From Gemmatimonadota bacterium (lineage in GTDB: Bacteria; Gemmatimonadota; Gemmatimonadetes; Gemmatimonadales; Gemmatimonadaceae), in assembly GCA_016874035.1 (NCBI GenBank), contig VGVM01000002.1:22509-86508 (forward strand): DNA of 64,000 nt. The letters run 5' to 3'. Below are positions 40,583 to 49,374 of the stretch, piece after piece (within the stretch, counting starts at the first letter, position 1; every line of letters starts with the position of its first letter). Made by a program: the position numbers and the translations under genes. The notes under the pieces were generated by a model. The model saw only the letters and a list, made by a program, of their open reading frames with translations. It had not been told where the DNA came from and did not search any database.

Positions 40583-41697
40583 TCCACCAAGCGAAGCGGC
40601 ATCAGGAGGCAGAGGTACTTCGCCGGATCGTTCCATCCTTCCGGCTCGATCGTGGCCGCTCGCTCGGGCGCCTTGAAGGTCATCTTCACTTCATCCGTCG
40701 GTAGGTAGCGGAGGATCTCGAGCAGATACGCCGCGTTGAACCCGATTTCCAGCGGATCCCCGGTAAAGCGAACGGGCAACTCATCCTGCGCTTCCCCAAG
40801 GTCCGGCGTGCTGACGCTGAACTTCAGCATGCCGGAGTTGAACGCCAGGCGAATTCGATGCGTTTGGTCCGATGCCACTACGGACATTCTTTTCAGCGCG
40901 CTCGCGAGCGCCTGGCGATCGACAATGGCCGTCTTGTCGTTGTCCTTGGGAATGACTTGTTCGTAACTCGGATAGGGGCCTTCGATGAGCCGCGTGAACA
41001 CGGACGTAAACGGCGAGCGGAAACCGATGTGGTTTTCTCCAAGCGCCACTTCGAGCTCTTCTTCCGCGGCAAAGAGGCGGCGAATCTGCTCCAGCGCTTT
41101 CGGCGGAATGATGACGTCGCCGCCGCTGGCTTTTGCCGACGAGCGCTTGGTTTCGATTTCCATCTTTGCCAAGCGGTGCCCGTTCGTGGCGACCATGCGC
41201 ATCTGATCGGCCGTGCGTTGCCAGAGCACGCCGTTCAGGATTGGCCGGCTTTCTTCGGTGGATGCAGCAAAGGCGGTGTGACCGATGAGTTTCTGCAAAT
41301 CTCCCGAAGCGATCTGCGCCGCCTTGTCAAACTGCACGGCAGGGAATGCCGGAAACTCCGTCTTGGGAAGGCCCAGCAGCTTGAACTTGGAGCGACCGCA
41401 TTCCAGGGTGATCCGCTGGTCACCTGACGAAGAGATCTTAACCGGCGCCGGCGGCAGCTCGCGTGCGATGTCCGACAGCTTTCGCGCGGGAATCGTGATT
41501 CCGCCTGCACTCTCGACATCGGCCGTGACTTCGGTGCTGACGGAAATGTCGAGGTCAGTTCCGGAGAGGCGGATTCCCTTGTCGCTGGTCTGAACGAGGA
41601 GGTTGCCAAGCACAGGAAGCGTGGTCTTTGCGGGCACCGTTGGTGCGACCGCCGAAAGGCCTTCCTGGAGCTTTTCCCGCGAAATAGTGAATCGCAT
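40579..41697 (-). CDS. dnaN: DNA polymerase III beta sliding clamp
   Basis: 372 aa. MRFTISREKLQEGLSAVAPTVPAKTTLPVLGNLLV... has typical DnaN three-domain length and motifs. Confidence 0.96.
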   Translation of the reverse strand: MRFTISREKLQEGLSAVAPTVPAKTTLPVLGNLLVQTSDKGIRLSGTDLDISVSTEVTADVESAGGITIPARKLSDIARELPPAPVKISSSGDQRITLECGRSKFKLLGLPKTEFPAFPAVQFDKAAQIASGDLQKLIGHTAFAASTEESRPILNGVLWQRTADQMRMVATNGHRLAKMEIETKRSSAKASGGDVIIPPKALEQIRRLFAAEEELEVALGENHIGFRSPFTSVFTRLIEGPYPSYEQVIPKDNDKTAIVDRQALASALKRMSVVASDQTHRIRLAFNSGMLKFSVSTPDLGEAQDELPVRFTGDPLEIGFNAAYLLEILRYLPTDEVKMTFKAPERAATIEPEGWNDPAKYLCLLMPLRLVD

Positions 41698-41929
41698 GGT
41701 TACCTGCGCAGAGGAACTGACGAACCCACACGCTTCTTGCTGTTGTCTTTTAGAAGTAAATGAAGCCAGGAGTAGAAGTAGTACGATGTGGGAAGTGGAT
41801 TACCGGGCAAACCACATGTAGCAACACGAGATATGATGGGGATAAAGTATGGGGAAAGGTGCAATTCAGACACCGTTTCGCACAGGAGCAACCCCGAGCA
41901 TTTCCTTGCAGCCGGGTAATCCACAGAAA
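41698..41929. other. oriC: candidate oriC (dnaA-dnaN intergenic, AT-rich, DnaA-box cluster)
   Basis: The 232-bp spacer is much more AT-rich than its surroundings. DnaA-box-like 9-mers are AGTGGATTA (41794-41802, 7/9), TGGGGATAA (41837-41845, 8/9) and TAATCCACA (41917-41925, 8/9). The direct repeat TAGAAGTA occurs at 41751-41758 and 41773-41780. Confidence 0.6.
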
Positions 41930-43321
41930 CTACGAATAAGTCCGCAGGCTTTCCCTCACCCTTTCCACACGAGTACGGAACGCGGCGTTCTCCTTAAGCA
42001 TCTCCTCCACGCGACCGAGGCTATGAATCACGGTCGAATGGTCCCGGCCACCAAACGCATGGCCGATCTCGACCAGCTGCAGGTGGAGTATCTCGCGGGA
42101 CAAATACATGGCAACCTGCCGCGGGACCGTGACCGTGCGCACGCGGGACTTGGCCTGCAGACCGTCAACCGAGACCCCCCATTCGGCGGCTACGCGCTGC
42201 TGAATGAGCCGCAGGCCGTCCTGACGAGCACCGCGCACTGGCCGCTCAACGTCGGCCACGCGGACCTTATCGCGGAGCGCCTCCCTGGCCAGACCCAGCG
42301 TCACCGGGCGACCGCGGAGCGAGGCATGCGCGAGCAGCTTGATGATGGACCCCTCGAGCTCGCGAACATTTGCCTGCACGTGGTCGGCGACGAAGTTCAG
42401 GACGTCGTCTGGAATCGCCCGCTCCAAGCCGTCGGCGCCGGCCTTGTGGCGCAGTATGGCGATTCGGTGTTCGAGATCAGGCTGGCCGACGTCAGCTACC
42501 ATTCCCCACTCAAACCGGCTCACGAGACGCGCCTCGAGCCGCGGAATGTCGGCCGGGGCCCGGTCGCTGGTCAGCACCACCTGGCGCCCCGCTTCATAGA
42601 TCGCGTTGAACGTATGGAAGAACTCTTCCTGCGTCGTTTCCTTTCCGCCGAGAAAGTGGACGTCGTCAACGAGCAGAAGGTCAGTCTCGCGATAACGACG
42701 CCGGAAATCCGCCATGGCACGCTTCGCGATGGACGTGATGACGTCGTTGGTGAACTGCTCGGTCGTGATGTAGGTGACCCGGGTCGACGGATTCTTGCCC
42801 AACACTTCATGCGCGATTGCATGCATGAGGTGAGTCTTCCCCAGACCAGTCGGCCCGTAGATGAACAGCGGGTTGTAGGCCTTACCGAGCGCCGCCGAGA
42901 CCGCCGACGCAGCAGCAACAGCAAGTTCGTTTGACTTTCCAACAACAAAAGCAGAAAATGTGTACCGCTGATTCAAGACAGGCTTGTTGGTGACGCTGTC
43001 CTGTCTTGTTATGGGCGTGTTACTGTCCGGCTTTGGTGCAAACAGGTCCATCTGCGATCTGGTGATCCGTTCCGACTGAACTACGAACCGAACTGTGATC
43101 GGGTGGCCAAAGCACACCGGGCCAAAGGACTCGAGCTGGGTCTGGTGCTTTGACTCGTTCCACTCAACCGACCACTGATCTGGCGCGGCCAGCGTCAGCT
43201 GATCTTCCTTGAGCTCAACGGCCGCCAGGGGGGCGAGCCAAGTCGACACCACATGATCGGGCAGCTCCGCCCTTGCCCTGTCGAGCAAAACTTTCCAGAA
43301 ATCGGCCGCCGAGAGTGTCAC
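41930..43321 (-). CDS. dnaA: chromosomal replication initiator protein DnaA
   Basis: 463 aa. Walker [11 protein letters not shown], the AAA+ sensor motifs and the C-terminal DnaA signature ...VAMYLSREI...[20 protein letters not shown] are present. Confidence 0.97.
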   Translation of the reverse strand: MTLSAADFWKVLLDRARAELPDHVVSTWLAPLAAVELKEDQLTLAAPDQWSVEWNESKHQTQLESFGPVCFGHPITVRFVVQSERITRSQMDLFAPKPDSNTPITRQDSVTNKPVLNQRYTFSAFVVGKSNELAVAAASAVSAALGKAYNPLFIYGPTGLGKTHLMHAIAHEVLGKNPSTRVTYITTEQFTNDVITSIAKRAMADFRRRYRETDLLLVDDVHFLGGKETTQEEFFHTFNAIYEAGRQVVLTSDRAPADIPRLEARLVSRFEWGMVADVGQPDLEHRIAILRHKAGADGLERAIPDDVLNFVADHVQANVRELEGSIIKLLAHASLRGRPVTLGLAREALRDKVRVADVERPVRGARQDGLRLIQQRVAAEWGVSVDGLQAKSRVRTVTVPRQVAMYLSREILHLQLVEIGHAFGGRDHSTVIHSLGRVEEMLKENAAFRTRVERVRESLRTYS

Positions 43322-43362
43322 TGATCAAGATAGAGCGAGGGAGAGCGAACGTACGGCTAGCC

Positions 43363-43371
43363 TGTGGATAA
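43363..43371. promoter_or_regulatory. perfect DnaA box TGTGGATAA in the dnaA/rpmH divergent promoter region
   Basis: Exact 9/9 match to the reverse complement of TTATCCACA, 42 bp upstream of the dnaA start. Confidence 0.75.
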
Positions 43372-43478
43372 GTCAACGCTCGCGTCTCCAAGCAAGCAGT
43401 ATTTCTTGCTGTAATCGCCGTAACCAGATAGGTTTAGCCCGCTTCAGCTACTCTAGAAACGCACGTTCAGGAGTCGAG

Positions 43479-43643
43479 ATGGGAAAGCCGACGTACCGGC
43501 CGAGGAATAAGCGCCGCATTCGCAAGCACGGTTTCCGGACCAGGATGTCCACCAAGTGGGGCCGGGAGGTGCTCAGCCGCCGCCGGAAGAAGGGTCGTCA
43601 GCGCCTTACCGTAAAGCTGCCGTCGAAGTACGCCGGCGCCTGA
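43479..43643 (+). CDS. rpmH: 50S ribosomal protein L34
   Basis: Not in the ORF track because it is under 60 aa. My manual translation is [54 protein letters not shown]. An AGGAG RBS is present. Confidence 0.93.
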   Translation: MGKPTYRPRNKRRIRKHGFRTRMSTKWGREVLSRRRKKGRQRLTVKLPSKYAGA

Positions 43644-43662
43644 GCGCTCGCCCACGCCTCGC

Positions 43663-44022
43663 ATCCAGCGCATCACCCGGCGTGATGATTTCGCCCGAGT
43701 CCGGCGCGAAGGCCGCCGGATCAAGAAAGGACCGATTGAACTTCAGGTTTCGGAAACTTCGCGACCTGAAGTGCGCGTTGGTATCATCGTGCCTCGCTAC
43801 GGTCGTACCGCGGTCGCTCGAAACCGCTTGAAGCGTCGGCTCCGCGCGCTCAGCGCGCAGGTAGGCAACACACTGACCGCGGGCGCAGACACGGTGATCG
43901 TCGTGGCGCCGGCCGCCTATGATGCGACATACGCGCAACTTGGCGATGCCGTGCAGGCGGCCGTTGCATTCGCGCAGCGCGCGCGCGGCTCGCGCGCTGC
44001 ACCGGCCACCGGCACGCCATGA
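43663..44022 (+). CDS. rnpA: ribonuclease P protein component (5' boundary uncertain; first canonical start is GTG 43771)
   Basis: In frame and upstream of GTG 43771, the sequence encodes [27 protein letters not shown]. This is the conserved RnpA N-terminus, followed by [25 protein letters not shown] (RNR motif). No ATG, GTG, TTG or CTG exists between the in-frame stop at 43612-43614 and 43771. ATC 43663 is given only as a nominal start. Confidence 0.8.
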   Translation: MQRITRRDDFARVRREGRRIKKGPIELQVSETSRPEVRVGIIVPRYGRTAVARNRLKRRLRALSAQVGNTLTAGADTVIVVAPAAYDATYAQLGDAVQAAVAFAQRARGSRAAPATGTP

Positions 44023-44228
44023 AATGGCTCTTGATCGCGGGGGTGCGCGCGTACCAAATGGTCATTGGCCCGATGCTTCCTCCGGCATGCCGCTATCATC
44101 CAACGTGCTCGGTGTATGCGATCGAGGCGCTGGAGAAACACGGCGCCTGGCGCGGCGGCTGGCTCGCCGTTCGCCGCATTGCTCGATGCCATCCGTTCCG
44201 TCCGGGCGGATTTGACCCGGTCCCGTAG
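44019..44228 (+). CDS. yidD: membrane protein insertion efficiency factor YidD
   Basis: 69 aa. The product ...[49 protein letters not shown] is the YidD signature. ATGA overlap with rnpA. Confidence 0.93.
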   Translation: MKWLLIAGVRAYQMVIGPMLPPACRYHPTCSVYAIEALEKHGAWRGGWLAVRRIARCHPFRPGGFDPVP

Positions 44229-44242
44229 CACCTACAACGCCC

Positions 44243-45916
44243 ATGGAACGCCGATTCTTTCTCGCACTGCTGCTGACCGGAATAGTGTTGCTCGCGCCGG
44301 CGGTCCTGTTTCCGCCACCGCCACGCCCGACCACTCCGGTGGTCCCAGCCGTTGGTGACACTGGTGCGGTAATGCCGAGCGTGGTCCCGGTACCCGGCGC
44401 GCTGACCACACCAACGAACGATGGACGAACGGCTCGTAGAACGGGCGAGACGGCGGGCCCCTCGGTCGCGCCCGTGCGGCCGGAGACGGTGGTTGTCGGC
44501 GGGGAGCGTGCGACGTACCGGTTCAGCTCGGTTGGCGCGGTCCCGCTGTCGGTTGAGCTCACGGGCTACCGCGCGCTGAACGGAGACCGCGGCGAAGTGG
44601 TCGTGCGAGACCGCGCCCTGCCGCTGTTGTCATACACGATGGTGACGGGCGCGGATACCGTTCGGTGGGCGGGCGCTCCTTTCACGAGCTCCACGTCCGG
44701 CTCGCTCGCGGATCCCTCGGTCCGCTTCGTTGCGCGTGACGGTTCCGGGACGACGGTGCGATACGTCCGCACCGCGGACGAGTACCTGACCGACGTGCGC
44801 GTGACCGTGCCGGGCGCCAGCGGCCGGTCGTACTTGCTGGTAGGACTGCCATCGGGATTCGTGTCGCACGAGGCGGATTCAGTCGAGGACTCGCGGTACC
44901 TCTCGTATGCCGCCAAGCCAGTCCCGCGCAGCGCAAAGGGCGTCGCGTTCTCGAGCCTCGATCCCGGCGAGCGGGAACTGGTGGCCGGCCCGCTCTCATG
45001 GGCGGTGGCAAAGAACAAGTACTTCCTCGTCGGGCTGCTCTCTCCGTCGGATTCCACGCCGTTCTCGGAACTGCAAGCCGTGGGAGGACCACGCGAAAGC
45101 CGAATGGCGACGCGCGGAACCGGGACAGTCGTCATGCCGCTCGTGGATGGCGAAGCGCGGTTCACGTTGTACATCGGACCGCAGTCGTGGGAGCGAATGC
45201 GGGGTATCGGGCGCGAGTTCGAGACCGCAAACCCCTACGGCGGGTGGTTTCAGGGAATGGTCCAGCCATTCTCGATCATCGTGATGAAGCTGATGCTCTG
45301 GCTCAAGCGCGTGGTGCAACTCGACTATGGCTGGGTCCTGGTGATCTTCGGCCTCGGAATCCGGATCCTGCTCTGGCCACTCAACCAGAGCGCAATGCGG
45401 TCCAGCATTCGCATGCAGCGGCTCCAGCCGGAGATCATGGCCGTGCAGGCGCAGTACAAGTCGGACCCGCAGCGGCTGCAGCAGGAAATGATGAAGGTGT
45501 ACCAATCGCACGGGATGAGCCCGCTGGCGCCGCTCGCCGGCTGCATCCCGATGCTGATCCCGATGCCGGTGTTCTTCGCGCTGTTCTTCGTGTTCCAGAA
45601 CACAATTGAGTTCCGCGACGTGCCCTTCCTGTGGCTCGGCGATATTTCGCTGAAGGACCCCCTGTACATCCTGCCGATCGTGACCGGCCTTTCGATGTAC
45701 CTCATGTCCTGGATCGGCATGCGCAACATGCCGCCGAACCCGCAGGCGAAGATCCTGTTGTACCTCATGCCGGCGATGTTCACCGTGTTCCTGTTGAACA
45801 CCGCCTCGGGGCTCAGCATCTATTACCTGGTCCAGCAGATTGCCGCGATTCCACAGCAGTGGCTGATTGCCAACGAGCGGCAGAAGGCCCAGGTGGTGCC
45901 GGCGAAGGCGAAGTAG
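44243..45916 (+). CDS. yidC: membrane protein insertase YidC
   Basis: 557 aa. It has an N-terminal TM, a periplasmic domain, and the C-terminal 60-kDa-IMP core ...WGWVLVIFGLGIRILLWPLNQSAMRS...MQRLQPE.... Confidence 0.95.
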   Translation: MERRFFLALLLTGIVLLAPAVLFPPPPRPTTPVVPAVGDTGAVMPSVVPVPGALTTPTNDGRTARRTGETAGPSVAPVRPETVVVGGERATYRFSSVGAVPLSVELTGYRALNGDRGEVVVRDRALPLLSYTMVTGADTVRWAGAPFTSSTSGSLADPSVRFVARDGSGTTVRYVRTADEYLTDVRVTVPGASGRSYLLVGLPSGFVSHEADSVEDSRYLSYAAKPVPRSAKGVAFSSLDPGERELVAGPLSWAVAKNKYFLVGLLSPSDSTPFSELQAVGGPRESRMATRGTGTVVMPLVDGEARFTLYIGPQSWERMRGIGREFETANPYGGWFQGMVQPFSIIVMKLMLWLKRVVQLDYGWVLVIFGLGIRILLWPLNQSAMRSSIRMQRLQPEIMAVQAQYKSDPQRLQQEMMKVYQSHGMSPLAPLAGCIPMLIPMPVFFALFFVFQNTIEFRDVPFLWLGDISLKDPLYILPIVTGLSMYLMSWIGMRNMPPNPQAKILLYLMPAMFTVFLLNTASGLSIYYLVQQIAAIPQQWLIANERQKAQVVPAKAK

Positions 45917-45933
45917 CGACGGTCGGCTGTGCC

Positions 45934-47286
45934 GTGACCGATCGGGCACGTGCGGAGCGGACGATCGTGGCGCAGTCCACCACGGCGGGGAGAAGTGCGC
46001 TCGCCGTCCTGCGTGTCAGTGGACCGGATGCGTGCGGCGTCGGACAGCGGGTGTGCGAGCACTGGCCGCATGAGCCGCGCCGGCTCGGTCGCTCACGGTT
46101 TCGCGATCCGACATCCGGCGAAATCCTCGACGACGGACTCGTCGCCTGGTTTCCTAGCCCGTCTTCGTACACTGGGGAGGATGTCGTCGAGATCCACACA
46201 CACGGTGGACTCAGTGCGCCGGCCGCGGTACTGGGGGCGCTGATTCGCGCGGGGGCGCACGCGGCTGTGCCGGGTGAGTTCACGCAACGGGCACTCTGGA
46301 ACGGCAAGGTGGACCTAGTCCGTGCCGAGGCGATCGGTGACCTGATCGACGCACGCACACAGGCTGCCCGGCGCGCCGCGATTCATGGAGTTTCCGGCGC
46401 GATGACCGCGCGCTTTGCGGAGCTGCGCGACGCCCTGATCGGGCTTGAGGGACTCTTGGCGTTCGACCTGGACTTTCCAGAGGAAGACGCCGGGCAGATT
46501 GCACGGGCGGAAATCCTGGCGGCAGCGACGACCGTCGAGGAGCGAATACTGGCTGTCATCCGGACGGCACCAGCCGCGACGATCGCCGCCCACGGCGCAC
46601 TCGTGGTGCTGGCCGGCGTGCCGAACAGCGGAAAGTCCTCACTGTTCAACGCGTTGATCGGACAGGAGCGTGCGATCACCAGCGCGGTTCCAGGCACGAC
46701 CCGAGATGCGATCGAGGTGCTTGTGGACGCGGACCCATGGCCGTACCGGCTGGTAGACACCGCCGGCCTGCGTGATGCGCATGACGCCATCGAGCGGGCA
46801 GGTATCGAAACGGCGACACGGTATCTCGCCGGCGCCGACGTCGTCATTGCGTGTGATTGCGCCGCCGGCCTCGCGTCCGTCGTGAGCTCGTTGGGGACGC
46901 AAACGGGCGCCGTGATCATCAGCGTGCGGACCAAGGCGGACGTACCGTCTCCGCCCTCCGGGAGCGCCGACTTTGTCGTCAGTGCCAGGACCGGCGACGG
47001 CCTGGCCGCGCTCCGGGAAGGCCTGCTGCGTGCCATCGCTTCTCGCACCGGTGGAGCCTCGGGCGACGACGGGTTGATCATGCGGGAGCGCCAACGCAGC
47101 GCGCTCGAGCTGGCCGCACGCGAGGTCGCGGCATTCCGCGAGGCCTGGGCTGCGGGCGCGCTACCGGCTCCCGTCGCCGCGACGCATATCCGCGCGGCCG
47201 TGCTCGCGCTGGACGAACTGATCGGGACCGTGACGGTTGACGACGTGCTTGCGCGCGTGTTCGCGAGTTTCTGCGTGGGGAAGTAA
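45934..47286 (+). CDS. mnmE: tRNA modification GTPase MnmE (TrmE)
   Basis: GTG start after the yidC stop. The G1 motif is GVPNSGKSSLFNAL and G3 is DTAGLR. The C-terminal motif FCVGK is present. The ORF-track start at 45631 was rejected. Confidence 0.93.
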   Translation: MTDRARAERTIVAQSTTAGRSALAVLRVSGPDACGVGQRVCEHWPHEPRRLGRSRFRDPTSGEILDDGLVAWFPSPSSYTGEDVVEIHTHGGLSAPAAVLGALIRAGAHAAVPGEFTQRALWNGKVDLVRAEAIGDLIDARTQAARRAAIHGVSGAMTARFAELRDALIGLEGLLAFDLDFPEEDAGQIARAEILAAATTVEERILAVIRTAPAATIAAHGALVVLAGVPNSGKSSLFNALIGQERAITSAVPGTTRDAIEVLVDADPWPYRLVDTAGLRDAHDAIERAGIETATRYLAGADVVIACDCAAGLASVVSSLGTQTGAVIISVRTKADVPSPPSGSADFVVSARTGDGLAALREGLLRAIASRTGGASGDDGLIMRERQRSALELAAREVAAFREAWAAGALPAPVAATHIRAAVLALDELIGTVTVDDVLARVFASFCVGK

Positions 47287-47342
47287 CGGGTTCCCGAGTT
47301 TATCCCGGTGCGGATCCGGGATTGGGCAGGCTCGGAGGCCGA

Positions 47343-48281
47343 TCAGGCCGAACGCGACGCGGGTACCACCGCGACAGAGAGCTCGTCGGCCGGTGCGCGA
47401 AGCGCTCGAGCGAGGCCGCGTTCCGCGATGGCTGACTCGACCATTCGGGCGCCGAGGAAATAGCCGCAGCGCTCGGGGAGCACGACCCGCCGCACCGTGC
47501 GGGCGAGGTCGCTCATCCCGCCCAGGAGGAATCGCAGGCGAAGCCCGAGGCTCGCGCGGTCGAGGTCATCCGCGGCGGCGGCGATCAGTTGGGGCTCCAT
47601 GTCGCGAATCAACGCGTAGTCGGCCCGCGAGTATCCGTAGTATTCCCACGGGGCGTGCCCCGGACTGAACTGTCGCGCGGCGTGGACGGCGAGCCCCTCA
47701 TTGACCAAATGCTCGCGCAGCGACACCTGACGCGCGGTCTCCCAATACGAGTAGTTCCCGCCGGAGGTCTCGACGGCGGCCCGCATCTCGCTCCGGCTCT
47801 GAGGCGACGTGTACCGCACACCATGGGCGATCTCGTGCGCAAGCCACATCGGCATGAGCTCGGGGTCGAGCCCGAGCGCGTGGGTGGAAGCGTTGGCCAC
47901 GCCCGTGAAGTGCTCGAGGCAGACGAACGCCATCGCACGGCCGTTGACGACGAGTTCGCCGGCGTTGGCGGCGCCGACACCGACCATCAACACCACGTCG
48001 ATCGGCGCATCGACCGCAAACAGCACCTCGCAACGCGCGGCCGTTTCGCGCGCAAGGGCGACCACGTTGGTTTGCTCCAACAACGCGCGAAGGTCGCTGC
48101 GGTCCGCGCGCACGACTCCACGCACGATGTCCTCGAATTGCGGGCCGGAGGGCTCGACCACGAAGTTGTTCCAGTACGCCTCGAGAATCGGCCGGTGCGT
48201 CTCGAAGTAGTGTCCGTACGCGCGCTCGGGGTCCGCCGCCTGCAGCACCGCAAGAAAATCGGGCAGCAGGTTGATCAACAT
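47343..48281 (-). CDS. putative Zn-dependent protease-like protein (DUF2268-like)
   Basis: 312 aa containing WLAHEIAHGVRY (HExxH). The overall layout resembles DUF2268 predicted metalloproteases. The assignment is by motif only. Confidence 0.55.
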   Translation of the reverse strand: MLINLLPDFLAVLQAADPERAYGHYFETHRPILEAYWNNFVVEPSGPQFEDIVRGVVRADRSDLRALLEQTNVVALARETAARCEVLFAVDAPIDVVLMVGVGAANAGELVVNGRAMAFVCLEHFTGVANASTHALGLDPELMPMWLAHEIAHGVRYTSPQSRSEMRAAVETSGGNYSYWETARQVSLREHLVNEGLAVHAARQFSPGHAPWEYYGYSRADYALIRDMEPQLIAAAADDLDRASLGLRLRFLLGGMSDLARTVRRVVLPERCGYFLGARMVESAIAERGLARALRAPADELSVAVVPASRSA

Positions 48282-48409
48282 TTCAGGGAGATGTGAGCGG
48301 GCGGGGAGTGGAACGACGGCGAAGCGACGGAGTTCGATTCATCGGTCGCCGAAACGCGGGTGACGCGAGAGCGCGACGATCAAACCGAACGCGCGAGAAG
48401 TTAGAGATG

Positions 48410-48441
48410 CACGTGAATGCAAACAAGGGCACGTGAATGCG
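48410..48441. repeat. tandem direct repeat GCACGTGAATGC x2 (20-bp period)
   Basis: Identical 12-mers lie at 48410-48421 and 48430-48441, each containing the palindromic core CACGTG. They sit in the 207-bp spacer between upp (upstream) and the DUF2268-like gene. Confidence 0.7.
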
Positions 48442-48488
48442 ACGCAAGTACACGCGATCGCGGGTCGTGTCAACTCATCCAGCGCGCA

Positions 48489-49136
48489 TCACCGTGTACC
48501 GAACAGTCGATCGCCCGCGTCCCCGAGTCCGGGCAGGATGTAGCCACTCGCGTTGAGCTCGCGATCGAGCGCCGCCGCGTAGATGGGAACATCCGGATGG
48601 TCGGCGGAGAGCCGCCGAACGCCTTCCGGCGCCGCGACAAGACAGAGGAACCGAAGGCGCGTGACTCCGGCGTGCTTCAGTCGCGTGATTGCCGCGGACG
48701 CGCTCCCGCCGGTCGCGAGCATCGGATCGAGCACGAAGCACTCGCGGGAACCGCTGTCCGCGGGAACCTTGAAGTAGTAATCCACCGGCCGAAGCGTGTC
48801 GTGATCGCGATACAATCCGATGTGGCCGACCCGGGCGGAGGGCACCAGCCGGAGAATGCCATCGACCATGCCGAGTCCGGCGCGAAGAATCGGAACAAGC
48901 ACGAGTTTCTTACCCGCCAGGCGCGCGGCGGTCATGCGCTCCAGCGGTGTCTGTACTTCGCAGGGCTCGAGCGACAGGTCGCGCGTGGCCTCGTAGGCCA
49001 TCAGCATCGCGAGTTCGTCCACGAGCTCCTTGAAGATCTTCTTCGGCGTGGCGTGATCGCGAAGGACGGAAAGCTTGTGCTGTACCAGTGGATGGGACAG
49101 CACGTGCAAGCGGGGAAACTCGGGGGTGGTGGCCAT
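48489..49136 (-). CDS. upp: uracil phosphoribosyltransferase
   Basis: 215 aa. [13 protein letters not shown]... and the PRPP-binding motif [13 protein letters not shown] are present, and the C-terminus is [17 protein letters not shown]. Confidence 0.95.
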   Translation of the reverse strand: MATTPEFPRLHVLSHPLVQHKLSVLRDHATPKKIFKELVDELAMLMAYEATRDLSLEPCEVQTPLERMTAARLAGKKLVLVPILRAGLGMVDGILRLVPSARVGHIGLYRDHDTLRPVDYYFKVPADSGSRECFVLDPMLATGGSASAAITRLKHAGVTRLRFLCLVAAPEGVRRLSADHPDVPIYAAALDRELNASGYILPGLGDAGDRLFGTR

Positions 49137-49163
49137 GTCACGGAGTTTACATTTTTCCCAACC

Positions 49164-49340
49164 ATGAAAGAATATCAGGCGGTGATCGTGCGGTTGACGC
49201 GTCGCACGCGAGAAGACGAAGATGCGATCACCGACCTGCTGAACGAGCGGAGTCGCGGCGGTTGGCAGCCGGACATGATCTCACAGGACAACGACCGGGT
49301 GACCGTGGTCTTTTCGCGGCACGCGGAGTCGTCGCGCTAA
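49164..49340 (+). CDS. small DUF4177-like protein (58 aa)
   Basis: The product is [53 protein letters not shown]. It is divergent from upp. The long ORF-track frame starting at 48417 was rejected upstream of this Met. Confidence 0.5.
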   Translation: MKEYQAVIVRLTRRTREDEDAITDLLNERSRGGWQPDMISQDNDRVTVVFSRHAESSR

Positions 49341-49374
49341 GACCGGCGCCGCGCGCCTACCGAGCCGGATCCGC

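Noticed and set aside
41849-42934. 361-aa plus-strand ORF antisense to dnaA
   Set aside because: dnaA motifs (Walker A, DnaA signature) are on the minus strand, and the plus frame has no recognisable domain.
43467-43724. 85-aa minus-strand ORF
   Set aside because: It is antisense to rpmH and the rnpA 5' region, both of which give clear ribosomal L34 and RnpA sequences on the plus strand.
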